The notes: generated by a model not told the origin, from the letters alone. A stretch of DNA of 64,000 nucleotides from an uncultured bacterium (GCA_963845185.1 CAWJRG010000009.1:673782-737781), one strand, 5' to 3'. Counted from the stretch's first letter, positions 38,074-48,616 are shown. Made by a program: numbers and translations.

Positions 38074-39117
38074 ATGAAAACAACATTTAACATGGTTATT
38101 GTAATGTGCTTATTAAACGCTATTTTTTCCGGCTGCAGCCATGAAACAGTTCGCATTACAGCGAAAACCGACGGGATTACACCCCTGAAAGTGCAGGCTA
38201 ACCGCATCGTTGATTCAATCGGAAATATAGTAATACTTAAGGGACTGAATATCTGCTACCCGTCTATTTTGATCCGGGAAAACCACTGGAACGAGGAATA
38301 TTTCAAGGAAATGGCATCCTGGGGTGCAAAGCTTATACGCGTACCCATAGACCCGGGAAGCTACAGAAGATTTGGCAGCAAAAAGACTTTTCAAGTGCTT
38401 GACCAGGCTGTGCAATGGGCTAAAAGATACGGCATGTACGTCATGATAGACTGGCATTCCATAGGAAATATTGTATCCGGTATTTTTCAGGACCCATGGC
38501 AGGAGGAAATGAAGACAACTGCTAAGGAAACAAAAAAATTCTGGTCAGATACGGCACAACGCTACAAAAAAGAACCAACGGTTGCTTTTTATGAAATATT
38601 CAACGAGCCTGCCTCGATGCACTGGAAAGGAGGCAGCATGTCATGGCAAAAATGGAGGGATGTGGCTGACGAAATTATAGATGCTATATATGCGCAAAAC
38701 CCGGCAGCTATCCCGGTCGTAGGCGGGATGGAATGGGCCTATGATTTAAGGGACGCTGCAGAGGCGCCTCTGCGCAATAAGGGCATTGTTTTTGCCGTGC
38801 ACCCGTATCCCGGCCATGCAGGCCAGCCGTGGGAGGATAACTGGGAAGAGGATTTCGGATATTTGGCAAAGGATTACCCGATGATGCTCACAGAATTTGG
38901 TTTTGACCCGGATGATAAAATTATGCCTTCTGTTTACAAAGCAGATAATGATTACGGCCGCCGCATCCTGGCTTATGCGGATAAAAAAGGAATGTCATGG
39001 ACAGCATTTGTTTTCTGCAATTGCGAAAGCTGGCCGATGCCGCTTTTTAAGGACTGGGAAACTTATACGCCTACGGAATCAGGGGCATTTTTTAAAGAGC
39101 AGTTAAATAAACAATAA
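38074..39117 (+). CDS. GH5 glycoside hydrolase lipoprotein. Dispersed paralog of the catalytic domain at 5262-6782.
   Basis: Signal ...NAIFSGCS. Motifs FYEIFNEP, LTEFGFDPDDKIMPSVYKAD and MSWTAFV are conserved with 5262. Confidence 0.7.
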   Translation: MKTTFNMVIVMCLLNAIFSGCSHETVRITAKTDGITPLKVQANRIVDSIGNIVILKGLNICYPSILIRENHWNEEYFKEMASWGAKLIRVPIDPGSYRRFGSKKTFQVLDQAVQWAKRYGMYVMIDWHSIGNIVSGIFQDPWQEEMKTTAKETKKFWSDTAQRYKKEPTVAFYEIFNEPASMHWKGGSMSWQKWRDVADEIIDAIYAQNPAAIPVVGGMEWAYDLRDAAEAPLRNKGIVFAVHPYPGHAGQPWEDNWEEDFGYLAKDYPMMLTEFGFDPDDKIMPSVYKADNDYGRRILAYADKKGMSWTAFVFCNCESWPMPLFKDWETYTPTESGAFFKEQLNKQ

Positions 39118-39316
39118 TTTGTAGTTTGGCATTCAGCATCATGAATTAACGAATTAAATACATAATGCAAAATAAAAAATCAATGTAATTACATCGCAAT
39201 AAAAACCAAAATTAAATTTAAATTCATTTATTAATTCCAAAATTTACTGCATAAAAACACATAAAACCGATCAAATTGTTAAACATAAAATTCTTTCATT
39301 TTTTTGAAAATAATGC

Positions 39317-39357
39317 TTGACAAAATAGTAATTACTTTGTATACTCAAAGTAATTAC
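39317..39357 (+). promoter_or_regulatory. Sigma70-like promoter (TTGACA, 17 bp spacer, TATACT) whose -10 is flanked by a perfect 12-bp inverted repeat (gtaattactttg / caaagtaattac). Candidate autoregulatory operator.
   Basis: TTGACA at 39317-39322 and TATACT at 39340-39345. The inverted-repeat arms lie at 39328-39339 and 39346-39357. Confidence 0.55.
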
Positions 39358-39384
39358 AGAGCAAAAAAAGAAAGGAGGTAAAAC

Positions 39385-39798
39385 ATGAGGCTACAGGTTG
39401 TTGAGATTGGAAATTCGAAAGGCATCAGGATCCCGCAGGCAATCCTGAAGCAGGTGCATTTTGAAAATGAAGTCGACCTTGACGTGTCGGAAGGAAAGAT
39501 AGTCCTGCGCAGGCTTGTGGACCCGGATTACATTTTTGGTTTTGAGTCAATCGCAAAGATGGACGACCAGAGCATTCAGAGAATGCTCAGAAAGGTCACC
39601 AGGACAGACCTTCTGATTGCGCTTATCGACGCGGACAAAACCGTAAAAGAAGCAGTATTCCGGAACCTGTCGGAATCGGCCAGGAATTACATCAAGGCAA
39701 AAGTGACCAAGCTGGAGAAAGGCAACGCGCGCGACCTGATGATTGAGAGGAGCCGTAACATGATCAGCGAAGCTTTCGCAGAAATGATCAGGGAGTAA
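39385..39798 (+). CDS. AbrB/MazE-type swapped-hairpin DNA-binding domain fused to a helical C-terminal domain that resembles FliG-C or MgtE-N.
   Basis: N-terminus reads MRLQVVEIGNSKGIRIPQAIL. C-terminus reads LLIALIDADKTVKEAVFRNLSESARNYI...ISEAFAEMI. Confidence 0.5.
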   Translation: MRLQVVEIGNSKGIRIPQAILKQVHFENEVDLDVSEGKIVLRRLVDPDYIFGFESIAKMDDQSIQRMLRKVTRTDLLIALIDADKTVKEAVFRNLSESARNYIKAKVTKLEKGNARDLMIERSRNMISEAFAEMIRE

Positions 39799-39861
39799 TG
39801 CATAGTAATTCGAAGGAAACAAAATTTCAGCCGCGTTTAACGCGGCAAAAAGGAGGATGTC

Positions 39862-40314
39862 ATGGCAGTAGAAATTTCCGAAGCAGGAAATCTAGAAAGC
39901 TTGAGGTTTACGGGTGTAGTGCTGGAAAGCTTAAAAGCTGATAAAAAAGTTGAAGTTGTTGAAGTTGAAGCGGAAGAGAAAGTTGTTGTGCGCAGGAATA
40001 TCGACAGGAACTTTAAAACGGGTTTTGAATTACTCTCAAAAAAAGAAGACGCGGACATCAGGAAAATGCTGAACAAAGTGGACATTTTAGACGTTGTTAC
40101 TGCGCTTGCAAATGCCGACAAAACTGCAAAGCTTGCCGTTCTCAGGAATCTACCTCCAAACCTCAGGGAATATGTAGAGATCAATATACTGATTGTTGAA
40201 AAAAAGGGGATACACGGCAATGAAACCGAGACATGCAGGACAAAGATAAGCGAAGCGTTTGTGGAAATGCTGTATGACGTGCATGCTTCAAGCCCGTCAA
40301 ACGCGGTAATTTAA
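39862..40314 (+). CDS. Paralog of the C-terminal domain of the gene at 39385. It lacks the AbrB domain.
   Basis: Reads VVTALANADKTAKLAVLRNLPPNLREYV...ISEAFVEML. Confidence 0.45.
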   Translation: MAVEISEAGNLESLRFTGVVLESLKADKKVEVVEVEAEEKVVVRRNIDRNFKTGFELLSKKEDADIRKMLNKVDILDVVTALANADKTAKLAVLRNLPPNLREYVEINILIVEKKGIHGNETETCRTKISEAFVEMLYDVHASSPSNAVI

Positions 40315-40556
40315 AGACACAATAAATAATCCGCTTTTAACGGCTGGATATTTATTAATTTAAAGATATAAACAATAAATTCTGTTTAAGCAAAAAAGGT
40401 TATTATTATACAAACAGCTTTAAACAGGATTGCGTGATACTTATCTCTGCAAAGAAATTTTCAATTAAGAATTGCCAATTTTCAATTGCCGTAGTAAATT
40501 GATAATGAAATGAAAATTATTAATTATTTTCAATTATCAATTGAGGTGTTGGTTTT

Positions 40557-40853
40557 ATGAAAAGGCAGACCATCAGTGAGATTAACAGGGAAATAAAGCT
40601 AAACCCGGATAACCCGGTGCCTTACAACAACCGCGGGAATATTAAAGCCATGATAGGAGACTACAAGGGAGCTATTAATGATTATAACAGGGCAATAGAG
40701 CTTAACCCGAAGTATGCTGAGGCTTATTACAGGCGCGGAACCGCTAAACATAATTCAGGAGATAAACAGGGCGCGCTTGAGGATTTAAACAAAGCCGGAG
40801 AACTGGGATATAAACAGGCCTATGATGAAATTAAGGAAATTCAAGGTGAGTGA
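40557..40853 (+). CDS. Small TPR protein.
   Basis: 98 aa with about two TPR units. Confidence 0.5.
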   Translation: MKRQTISEINREIKLNPDNPVPYNNRGNIKAMIGDYKGAINDYNRAIELNPKYAEAYYRRGTAKHNSGDKQGALEDLNKAGELGYKQAYDEIKEIQGE

Positions 40854-40940
40854 AAGTTTTCAATATTCAACTGAGGAGAGCGCAGTGTGCAAACATAGAA
40901 GTGCAGAATATGCTGGCAAATACAGGCCGGTTTCCTATAT

Positions 40941-41522
40941 ATGACTCCCAAAAAACACCTAAATAAAATAATCGGCCCTATTTATGTCATTATTTTGTTT
41001 TTGATCCCTTATATATTAATCGGTGTTTTTGGATGGGAAAAAATATGCATCAGGCTGATTTCGGTTTTTTTGTTGTCAATGACTGCGATTATTTTTTTTG
41101 TTTATTGGAGTGTGATGCCTTATCCGGGCGCAATGGATGTCAATGATTTTCCGAAAGAACAGCAGCCAATTAAAACCAAAAAAAGGAAGGTATTTAGGCC
41201 TTATGTGCGTGTTTTGCTGCTGGGATTATCTGTTGCCATGGCATGGGGTTTTATGCCATTTTATAAAGATGTAGTTTCAATTGTTTTTGGGAAACAGGGC
41301 TATGAAACAATAAGGGGTAAAATAACCAACGTGAAAATTCTTTTTGACAGCGCGTTCATTTTCAAAAGCATTCAACTTAACGGCAATAAGGATGATACCT
41401 ATGAATATTTATATTCGTTTTCGGGCCGGATGCCTGTCGGCGCAGAATATGAGTTTATTTTCCTGAAAAATTCAAAATTTATTGTCGATGATGTAAGGCT
41501 TGGACTGCAAAATGGGAAATAA
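40941..41522 (+). CDS. Membrane protein with two or three transmembrane helices.
   Basis: 193 aa, hydrophobic N-terminus. Confidence 0.4.
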   Translation: MTPKKHLNKIIGPIYVIILFLIPYILIGVFGWEKICIRLISVFLLSMTAIIFFVYWSVMPYPGAMDVNDFPKEQQPIKTKKRKVFRPYVRVLLLGLSVAMAWGFMPFYKDVVSIVFGKQGYETIRGKITNVKILFDSAFIFKSIQLNGNKDDTYEYLYSFSGRMPVGAEYEFIFLKNSKFIVDDVRLGLQNGK

Positions 41523-42381
41523 ATCCGCTGCGGAAAAGTATTTTAATTCCGGTAAAACAAAACACAGAGCAGGCGATTATAAAGGCGCGATTGAGGATTA
41601 TAACACGGCAATTGCTCTTGACCCGGATATTGCTGAGGCTTATAACAACCGCGGAAATGCCAAGTATGATTCAGGCAATAAAATGGAAGCCATTAAAGAT
41701 TATGATAAGGCCATAGAGCTTGACTCGGATCATGCGGTAGCTTATTACAACCGCGGTAATGCCAAAAGTGCGCTGAGCAAGCCTGATGAAGCGATTAAGG
41801 ATTATGATAAGGCAATCACTCTTGACCCGAGTTTTGCAGATACTTATAATATGCGAGGCATTGCCAAGGAGGAGATGGAAGACCATAAAGCCGCAATTGA
41901 AGATTTTGACAAGGCAATAGGGATTGCACCAAATGACTCAAAGGCTTTAGCCAACCGCGGGGTTGCTAAATTTAATTCAGGAGACTTTAAAGGCGCAATT
42001 GGAGATTTCGATAAGGCAATAAGGCTTGACTCGGACAATGCAAGGATTTATACCAGCCGCGGCACAGCTAAAAATATGGCAGGCGATAAAAGAGGCGCTA
42101 TTGAAGACAGTACCAAAGCGATAGAGCTTGACCCGAAATTTGCGCCTGCTTATCGCAACAGGGGGAATGTTAAAGGCATGATAGGCGACTTTAACGGTGC
42201 GATCAAGGATTATGACGAAGCAATAGAACTTGAACCAAAGGATGCCGAGGCTTATTATTACCGCGGGCTCGCTAAAAGTAATTTGGGCGAAAAGCAGGGC
42301 GCGATTGAAGATTTTAAAAAGGCCGGGAAATTGGGGTTAAAAAAAGCAAATGACGAAATCAGAAAAATGCAGGGGAATTAA
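41512..42381 (+). CDS. TPR-repeat protein.
   Basis: About eight TPR units reading AYNNRGNAK. Confidence 0.65.
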   Translation: MGNKSAAEKYFNSGKTKHRAGDYKGAIEDYNTAIALDPDIAEAYNNRGNAKYDSGNKMEAIKDYDKAIELDSDHAVAYYNRGNAKSALSKPDEAIKDYDKAITLDPSFADTYNMRGIAKEEMEDHKAAIEDFDKAIGIAPNDSKALANRGVAKFNSGDFKGAIGDFDKAIRLDSDNARIYTSRGTAKNMAGDKRGAIEDSTKAIELDPKFAPAYRNRGNVKGMIGDFNGAIKDYDEAIELEPKDAEAYYYRGLAKSNLGEKQGAIEDFKKAGKLGLKKANDEIRKMQGN

Positions 42382-42470
42382 AAAAGCTAAGAAAACAGAA
42401 GTTATATTGTATGCGTTAAGAAAATTTACAAAAACAGTTTAATCCGGGTCCGAAATATACGGACTTTCCA

Positions 42471-42499
42471 TTGACAACAACAAGGTTTCTATTATATAC
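42471..42499 (+). promoter_or_regulatory. Sigma70-like promoter (TTGACA, 16-17 bp spacer, TATATA) for the MBL gene.
   Basis: Consensus -35, followed by an AT-rich -10. Confidence 0.4.
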
Positions 42500-42559
42500 T
42501 TTTTTCTACATTGAAGCGCTGAGGAAATATCACGACAGCAGCTCGACAGGAGGTTTGGC

Positions 42560-43231
42560 ATGCTTATTATTCCGGGCGTCCATGAAATCAAATTGAATTT
42601 TGTCAACGCTTTTCTTATCGAAGAGCAGGGGGCATTGACTTTAATAGACACAGGCATACCGGGCTGCGACAAGAAAATCGCGGCATATATCAAAAGCATT
42701 GGCAGGCAGGTGACGGATATTAAAATAATTCTCATTACCCATTCTGACCCGGACCATATCGGCTCGCTGGCTTCGCTTAAGAAATCAAGCGGCGCTACGA
42801 TATATTCTTCGGCCATTGAAGCTGAAGCTGCAAAAACCGGGCGTTCCTCCAGGCAGATGAAAACAAAGGGGTTCCGCAGTTTATTGCGCAAATTGCTCAT
42901 GTCGCTTATTATGAGAATCAAACCGGCCAATGTCGATAAAATTTTAAAAAATAGCGAGGAGCTTCCCATTTTGGGCGGGCTCGTGGCCGTTGAAACGCCG
43001 GGACACACACCGGGGCATATGTCATATTATCTTAAAATACCGAAAATTTTGTTTTGCGGTGATTCCATGAACCCTGTCGACGGTAAGATTGCTTCGTCAA
43101 GGCCAGGATATACCGCGAACGCAGAGCAGTCGGAGGCATCGTATAAAAAACAGGCCTCAATGAGTCCGGCTATTGTATGTTTCGGGCATGGCGAAGCCAT
43201 AAAAGAGGCTGAGAAAAAGTTTATCCAGTAA
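42560..43231 (+). CDS. MBL-fold metallo-hydrolase.
   Basis: Contains the HxHxDH-type motif ITHSDPDHIG. Confidence 0.8.
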   Translation: MLIIPGVHEIKLNFVNAFLIEEQGALTLIDTGIPGCDKKIAAYIKSIGRQVTDIKIILITHSDPDHIGSLASLKKSSGATIYSSAIEAEAAKTGRSSRQMKTKGFRSLLRKLLMSLIMRIKPANVDKILKNSEELPILGGLVAVETPGHTPGHMSYYLKIPKILFCGDSMNPVDGKIASSRPGYTANAEQSEASYKKQASMSPAIVCFGHGEAIKEAEKKFIQ

Positions 43232-43266
43232 GGTTGCTACGCAATAGGCATTGTTAAAAATTTCTC

Positions 43267-43295
43267 TTGACAAGTTTATGAAAAAGTTCTATATT
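43267..43295 (+). promoter_or_regulatory. Sigma70-like promoter (TTGACA, 17 bp spacer, TATATT) at the start of the long rho leader.
   Basis: Exact -35 with 17-nt spacing. A ~260-nt leader containing a stem-loop (ccgcaaa...tttgcgg + A/T run at 43348-43385) precedes rho. Confidence 0.45.
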
Positions 43296-43553
43296 AAATA
43301 AATAATCAGTAATCAATATTCAGGAAAATCTAATTTTCCCTTGACAAAAACCGCAAACTTGTTATTTTTGCGGTAAAAAAACTTTTATCGGAGTTAATAG
43401 TTGAATTTATGAGTAAGTGGGATAATTTTAGTCACAACAAGAATGTCCACGAGAATTTAACCCCTTAACAAAACAGTTTGATACTTATGTATCAATATAT
43501 CAGCCGGAAAAATACCGTAGTCTGAAAAAATCCATTTAGGAGGCAAAAGAAGT

Positions 43554-44807
43554 ATGAATCTTACGGAATTAAAGGTAAAGAAAACATCGGAACTACAGAC
43601 AATCGCGAAGGAACTGAAACTCGAAGGCATCAGCACTTTAAAAAAACAGGACTTAATCTTTAAAATCCTTGAAACCCAGACCAAACAAAATGGCCTTATT
43701 TATGGAGAGGGCGTGCTTGAGATACTGCCTGACGGCTTTGGTTTTTTGAGGTCGCCAAACTATAACTACCTGCCGGGGCCTGATGACATTTACATATCAC
43801 CGTCCCAAATAAGGAAATTTGACCTTAGGACAGGCGACATGATTGCAGGACAGATAAGGCCGCCAAAAGAGGGTGAAAAGTACTTTGCGCTTCTAAAAGT
43901 GGAAACTATCAACGGTGATGACCCTGAAAAGGCAAAAGACAAGGTGTTTTTTGACAATTTAACGCCGCTTTACCCGCATGAAAAAATCAATTTGGAAAAC
44001 AAGGAAAAGGACATGTCCATGAGGATTATGGACCTTTTAATACCTCTAGGCAAGGGCCAGAGGGGAATAATAGTCGCTCCGCCCAGGACGGGCAAGACCG
44101 TACTGCTCCAAAAAATAGCAAACAGCATATCTGAAAATCACCCTGAAATTTTCCTCATAGTGCTTCTCATAGACGAGCGTCCTGAGGAAGTTACCGACAT
44201 GGAAAGGACAGTAAAAGGCGAGGTCATAAGCTCCACTTTTGACGAACCGCCGACAAGGCATTTGCAGGTATCGGACATGGTGCTCGAAAAGGCAAAAAGG
44301 CTAGTTGAAAGCGGTAAAGACGTGGTAATACTCCTTGACAGCATAACAAGGCTTGCCAGGGCTTACAACACGGTGGCACCAAGCAGCGGCAAGGTGCTGA
44401 CAGGCGGAATAGATTCAAACGCTTTGCAGAAACCAAAAAGGTTTTTCGGTGCTGCCCGCGCAATAGAAGAGGGCGGTTCCCTGACAATAGTGGCAACAGC
44501 GCTTATTGAGACAGGAAGCAGGATGGACGATGTCATATTCGAGGAATTCAAGGGAACAGGCAATATGGAACTCGTGCTGTCAAGGGAACTGGCTGACAGG
44601 AGGCTTTTCCCGGCAATAGACTGCTCCAAGTCAGGCACAAGGAAAGAAGAGCTGCTTTTGGCCAAGTTGGAACTACAGAAGGTATGGATACTCAGAAAGG
44701 CGCTTTTAAGCAAAATGAAACCTGTGGAAATAATGGAATTCCTTATTGACAAAATGGGAAAGATGAAAAATAATAAGGCGTTTTTAGACGCTATGAATAC
44801 GGATTAA
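43554..44807 (+). CDS. rho: Transcription termination factor Rho.
   Basis: N-terminus reads [12 protein letters not shown]. RecA-like ATPase region is present. 417 aa. Confidence 0.9.
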   Translation: MNLTELKVKKTSELQTIAKELKLEGISTLKKQDLIFKILETQTKQNGLIYGEGVLEILPDGFGFLRSPNYNYLPGPDDIYISPSQIRKFDLRTGDMIAGQIRPPKEGEKYFALLKVETINGDDPEKAKDKVFFDNLTPLYPHEKINLENKEKDMSMRIMDLLIPLGKGQRGIIVAPPRTGKTVLLQKIANSISENHPEIFLIVLLIDERPEEVTDMERTVKGEVISSTFDEPPTRHLQVSDMVLEKAKRLVESGKDVVILLDSITRLARAYNTVAPSSGKVLTGGIDSNALQKPKRFFGAARAIEEGGSLTIVATALIETGSRMDDVIFEEFKGTGNMELVLSRELADRRLFPAIDCSKSGTRKEELLLAKLELQKVWILRKALLSKMKPVEIMEFLIDKMGKMKNNKAFLDAMNTD

Positions 44808-44823
44808 AAGGAGAAAGAATATT

Positions 44824-45051
44824 ATGAAGGAAAAAATTCATCCCGAGTATAAAAAGGCCATAGTTACGTGCTCGTGCGGCAATGTATTTGAAACAAAAAG
44901 TACAGTAGGTGACATGAAGATTGACATATGTTATGCATGCCATCCGTTTTACACTGGCGTTCAGAAATTCGTGGATACTGATGGTAGAGTTGAAAAGTAT
45001 AACAAGAGAATGAGTAAAAAGACAGCCAAGGCCGAAGCGCCGAAAAATTAG
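44824..45051 (+). CDS. rpmE: 50S ribosomal protein L31.
   Basis: Reads [10 protein letters not shown]...CSCGNVFET...CHPFYTG. Confidence 0.9.
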   Translation: MKEKIHPEYKKAIVTCSCGNVFETKSTVGDMKIDICYACHPFYTGVQKFVDTDGRVEKYNKRMSKKTAKAEAPKN

Positions 45052-45061
45052 CAGGATTTTC

Positions 45062-45125
45062 AGGGCGTGTTATACGCCGCGCGTGATTATATCACGGCAA
45101 GCGTATAATGCGCCCTTTTCATTTT
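45062..45125 (+). terminator. Rho-independent terminator after rpmE.
   Basis: Reads agggcgtgttatacgc...gcgtataatgcgccct followed by TTTTCATTTT. Confidence 0.6.
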
Positions 45126-45171
45126 AAAATAATTAATTCCGCTTTTAAACGGGGAAACAAGGAGATTTTAT

Positions 45172-46125
45172 TTGAAAACGCAAAAAGAAAAGATGAATAT
45201 AGGCGGCGAAGCCGTGATTGAAGGAGTTATGATGCGTTCCCAGCATTATTATGCAGTTTCCGTCCGTAGAAAGAACAAAAAAATAACAACTGTATCAGGA
45301 CCGATAAATTCGCTAAGTGAAAAATACAAATTTTTAAAATGGCCGTTGTTCCGCGGATTGCAGGCCATGTGGGAATCATTGACACTCGGCTTTTTTGCAC
45401 TTGATTTTTCGGCGAATATGTATGAAGAGGATTCCGGGGAAAAAGGCAAAAAGTCAGGAAAGAAAAAGGAAAGCAAAGAGCAGGGCAAAGGCATGGAAAT
45501 GGCACTTTCCATGGGCTTGGCGATTATAATAGGGGTGGCGGTTTTTATCGCGGTTCCTTACTACCTTAATAAATTTATTGCTCTGAAATTCAAGGCAGTC
45601 GCGAACAACCGGGTTTTGTATAACGCCGGCATGGTGTTTTTTAAACTGCTGATATTTTTCTTTTATGTCTGGGGCATTTCAATGCTGGAAGACATAAAAA
45701 GACTTTTCCAGTACCACGGGGCAGAGCATAAGACCATATTCGCGTATGAGAACAACCAGAAACTGACTTACGGAAATATTAAGCAATATTCCACAAGGCA
45801 TCCGCGCTGCGGTACTGCTTTTATAGTCATAACCCTTGTGGTCAGCCTGGTGATATTTATACTGTTCCTGCCGCCTAATCTCAAGGTATGGCAAAGGATA
45901 CTTGTGGAAATACCGCTTTTAATCCCGATTGTAGGACTGTCTTACGAGGCATTGAAATACTCGGCCAAATTCCAGGATAATCTTTTTATCAAGATTCTTA
46001 TTGCGCCGGGGCTTGCGTTCCAGCGCCTAACGACAAAAGAACCTGATAAATCACAGGTGGAAGTGGCCGTGAAATCTTTTAATACAGTTTTGAATCTTGA
46101 AAAAAAGCATAAAAACAAAGGGTGA
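45172..46125 (+). CDS. DUF1385-family membrane protein, commonly found between rpmE and prfA.
   Basis: Reads GGEAVIEGVMMRS. Possible TTG start at 45172, otherwise the ATG at 45193. Confidence 0.6.
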   Translation: MKTQKEKMNIGGEAVIEGVMMRSQHYYAVSVRRKNKKITTVSGPINSLSEKYKFLKWPLFRGLQAMWESLTLGFFALDFSANMYEEDSGEKGKKSGKKKESKEQGKGMEMALSMGLAIIIGVAVFIAVPYYLNKFIALKFKAVANNRVLYNAGMVFFKLLIFFFYVWGISMLEDIKRLFQYHGAEHKTIFAYENNQKLTYGNIKQYSTRHPRCGTAFIVITLVVSLVIFILFLPPNLKVWQRILVEIPLLIPIVGLSYEALKYSAKFQDNLFIKILIAPGLAFQRLTTKEPDKSQVEVAVKSFNTVLNLEKKHKNKG

Positions 46126-46135
46126 GTGCGGCGTT

Positions 46136-47212
46136 ATGTTAATAATGGATAAAGTAAAAAAGAAATTTCAGGATTATGAGACATTGACGAAGGAACTTTC
46201 AATGCCTGAAATTATAAATAACAGGGAATTGTATCAAAAAAAAATCAAACAGCACAATGAACTCATGGACTTAGCTGATGAATACAAAAAATATCTTGAA
46301 GCTGAAAAGGCGCTGCTTGATTCAAGGGAAATGATAAACACCGAAACAGACCCTGAGATGAAGGAACTGGCCATGCAGGAAGCTGCGCATACCGAAGAGA
46401 AATTAAAAAGTATCGGAGAAAAACTTAAATATCTCGTGATACCCAGGGATCCAAATGACGTGAAAAATGCCATTGTGGAGATAAGGGCAGGAACCGGCGG
46501 CGAGGAAGCGGCTTTATTCGCACTCGACCTTTATAAGATGTATATAAAATACGCTGAAAACCGCGGGTTTAAAATAGACGTCATGGACTCGCACCCGACC
46601 GAGTTGGGCGGTTTTAAGGGAATTATATTCATGGTGCTGGGAAACGGCGCGTATGCGAAGCTTAAGTTCGAAAGCGGTACGCACAGAGTCCAGAGGGTAC
46701 CTGCAACCGAGGCAAGCGGCAGGATACACACTTCAGCAGTAACTGTGGCTGTGCTGCCAGAACAGGAAGAAATTGACGTACAGATAAACCCTAGTGATTT
46801 GAGAATCGATATATTCTGCGCGTCAGGTCCGGGTGGACAGTGCGTAAATACCACTTATTCGGCGGTCAGGATAGTGCATATACCAACCGGTATAGAGGTA
46901 AGCTGTCAGGACGAGCGTTCGCAGATTAAAAACAAGGCAAAAGCCATGAAAATCCTTAGGGCGCGCATAAAAGAAAAAATGGAACTTGCGGAAAAGGAAA
47001 AACTCGATTCAAACCGCAAAGCCCAGATAGGCTCGGGAGACAGGAGCGAAAAAATCAGGACTTATAATTATCCACAAAACAGGATAACCGATCACAGGAT
47101 AGGGTTCACAGTATATAACCTACCGGCTGTAATGCAGGCAGGAAATCTTGATGAATTTTTTGAGAAGCTTGCTGCCGATTACAACGAGAAGCAGCTTGAA
47201 AAGGTAGGCTGA
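46136..47212 (+). CDS. prfA: Peptide chain release factor 1.
   Basis: Carries the GGQ motif SGPGGQCVNTT and the PxT-type region. Confidence 0.9.
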   Translation: MLIMDKVKKKFQDYETLTKELSMPEIINNRELYQKKIKQHNELMDLADEYKKYLEAEKALLDSREMINTETDPEMKELAMQEAAHTEEKLKSIGEKLKYLVIPRDPNDVKNAIVEIRAGTGGEEAALFALDLYKMYIKYAENRGFKIDVMDSHPTELGGFKGIIFMVLGNGAYAKLKFESGTHRVQRVPATEASGRIHTSAVTVAVLPEQEEIDVQINPSDLRIDIFCASGPGGQCVNTTYSAVRIVHIPTGIEVSCQDERSQIKNKAKAMKILRARIKEKMELAEKEKLDSNRKAQIGSGDRSEKIRTYNYPQNRITDHRIGFTVYNLPAVMQAGNLDEFFEKLAADYNEKQLEKVG

Positions 47213-47216
47213 AATC

Positions 47217-47747
47217 ATGAAGCAGCCCCTCCTTAATGAAAAATTAATAAACTGCGCGGAATGCGGCGACCTTGAGGGAATAAAAGAACTCATGCATGCA
47301 AATATTGATATCAATGTAAAGGATTTTTCATCGCTTTACAACTATACGCCCTTGATGCTTGCTGCAAGATGCGGCCATACTCAGGTCGTGAAGGAACTTA
47401 TTAAAGCAGGGGCAGACATTAACTACAGGAACAGTCTTGGTTATACCGCACTCATGGAAAGCGCGTGGTTCGGCAAAATTGAAACTGTAAAGGCACTGAT
47501 TGAGGCGAACGTAAATATTGACTTAAGAAACAACGAGGGCAATACCGCGCTCATGGAAGCTGCCGCGATGGGCCATGTCGAAATAGTAAAGGTACTGATA
47601 AACGCCGGGGCAGGATTTAATATTAAAAACAAAAATGGAAATTCTTGTTTTGACATGTCCAAAAAAAAGGAAATAAAGGAAATTTTTAGTGAGTATGAGA
47701 AAAAACCCGGGATAATAAAAAGAATTATTAAAAAGTTTAAAAAATGA
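47217..47747 (+). CDS. Ankyrin-repeat protein.
   Basis: About four ANK repeats (TPLMLAARCGHTQVVKELIKAGADIN). Confidence 0.75.
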   Translation: MKQPLLNEKLINCAECGDLEGIKELMHANIDINVKDFSSLYNYTPLMLAARCGHTQVVKELIKAGADINYRNSLGYTALMESAWFGKIETVKALIEANVNIDLRNNEGNTALMEAAAMGHVEIVKVLINAGAGFNIKNKNGNSCFDMSKKKEIKEIFSEYEKKPGIIKRIIKKFKK

Positions 47748-48616
47748 AGATTTGCGAAGCGCTTAATTTTGCGAAAAATAAGCTGCACAAATTCATAAAA
47801 AACCGTAACGAGGCTTACATGGAGGCCGAGAGCCTCTTGATCTATATCCTTAAAACATCAAGGGAAAAACTATATACAAGGCTGCGCGACAGCCTGGAAA
47901 ATTCCGATAAAAAGAAATATGTAAATCTCGTCTTGCTCCGCTGTAAAAGGATTCCTAAACAATACCTTGTAAAATTCGTTTTTTTTTATGACAGGAAATT
48001 TTATATTGAAAGCGGGGTTTTTATTCCAAGGCCTGAGACTGAATGCGTAATTGAAGCAGCAAAGAAGATACAATTGCAACTTGCCAAGAACTCAATCGCT
48101 GCTGACATTGGCACAGGCAGCGGCATAATAACACTAACGCTGTTAAAAGAAATTAAAAAATTCAAGAAGATATATGCTTATGACATAAGCACTAAAGCAA
48201 TTAAAGTTTCTTGTTTCAACGCTAAAAAATACGGCATTTCAGAAAAAATCAAGTTTATTCATGGAGATTTTTTCAGGCAAATAAACAGGACAAAAATCAA
48301 ATTTGATGTTGTACTGTCGAACCCGCCGTATATAAAAATGGCTGATATGAAAAATCTTCAAAAAGAAGTTTTACACGAGCCGATCCCGGCCCTAACCGAC
48401 AAAAAGGACGGATTATCTTTTTACAAAAAATTTATGAAATATGCTAAAATATACCTGAAAAATAGGGCCTATTTAATATTTGAGATAGGCGATAAAATGG
48501 GCCCAGAAGTAAGGAAAATATTCAAAGGCAAGGAATGGATTTTAATAAAAAGCATTTTTGATTTTAATAATAAAGAAAGGGTAATGGTATACAGGTATCT
48601 TGGTCAAACTAGATGA
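47744..48616 (+). CDS. prmC: Release-factor glutamine methyltransferase (HemK/PrmC).
   Basis: Contains the NPPY motif in VLSNPPYIKMAD. Confidence 0.85.
   Translation: MKICEALNFAKNKLHKFIKNRNEAYMEAESLLIYILKTSREKLYTRLRDSLENSDKKKYVNLVLLRCKRIPKQYLVKFVFFYDRKFYIESGVFIPRPETECVIEAAKKIQLQLAKNSIAADIGTGSGIITLTLLKEIKKFKKIYAYDISTKAIKVSCFNAKKYGISEKIKFIHGDFFRQINRTKIKFDVVLSNPPYIKMADMKNLQKEVLHEPIPALTDKKDGLSFYKKFMKYAKIYLKNRAYLIFEIGDKMGPEVRKIFKGKEWILIKSIFDFNNKERVMVYRYLGQTR

Noticed and set aside
43348-43385. Stem-loop plus A/T run in the rho leader as a defined attenuator.
   Set aside because: It is a plausible regulatory hairpin in the long rho 5' UTR, but rho autoregulation is normally Rho-dependent. The intrinsic-terminator-like hairpin is weak (7 bp) and the run that follows it is A-rich rather than a U-tract on the + strand, so it is not called as a feature.
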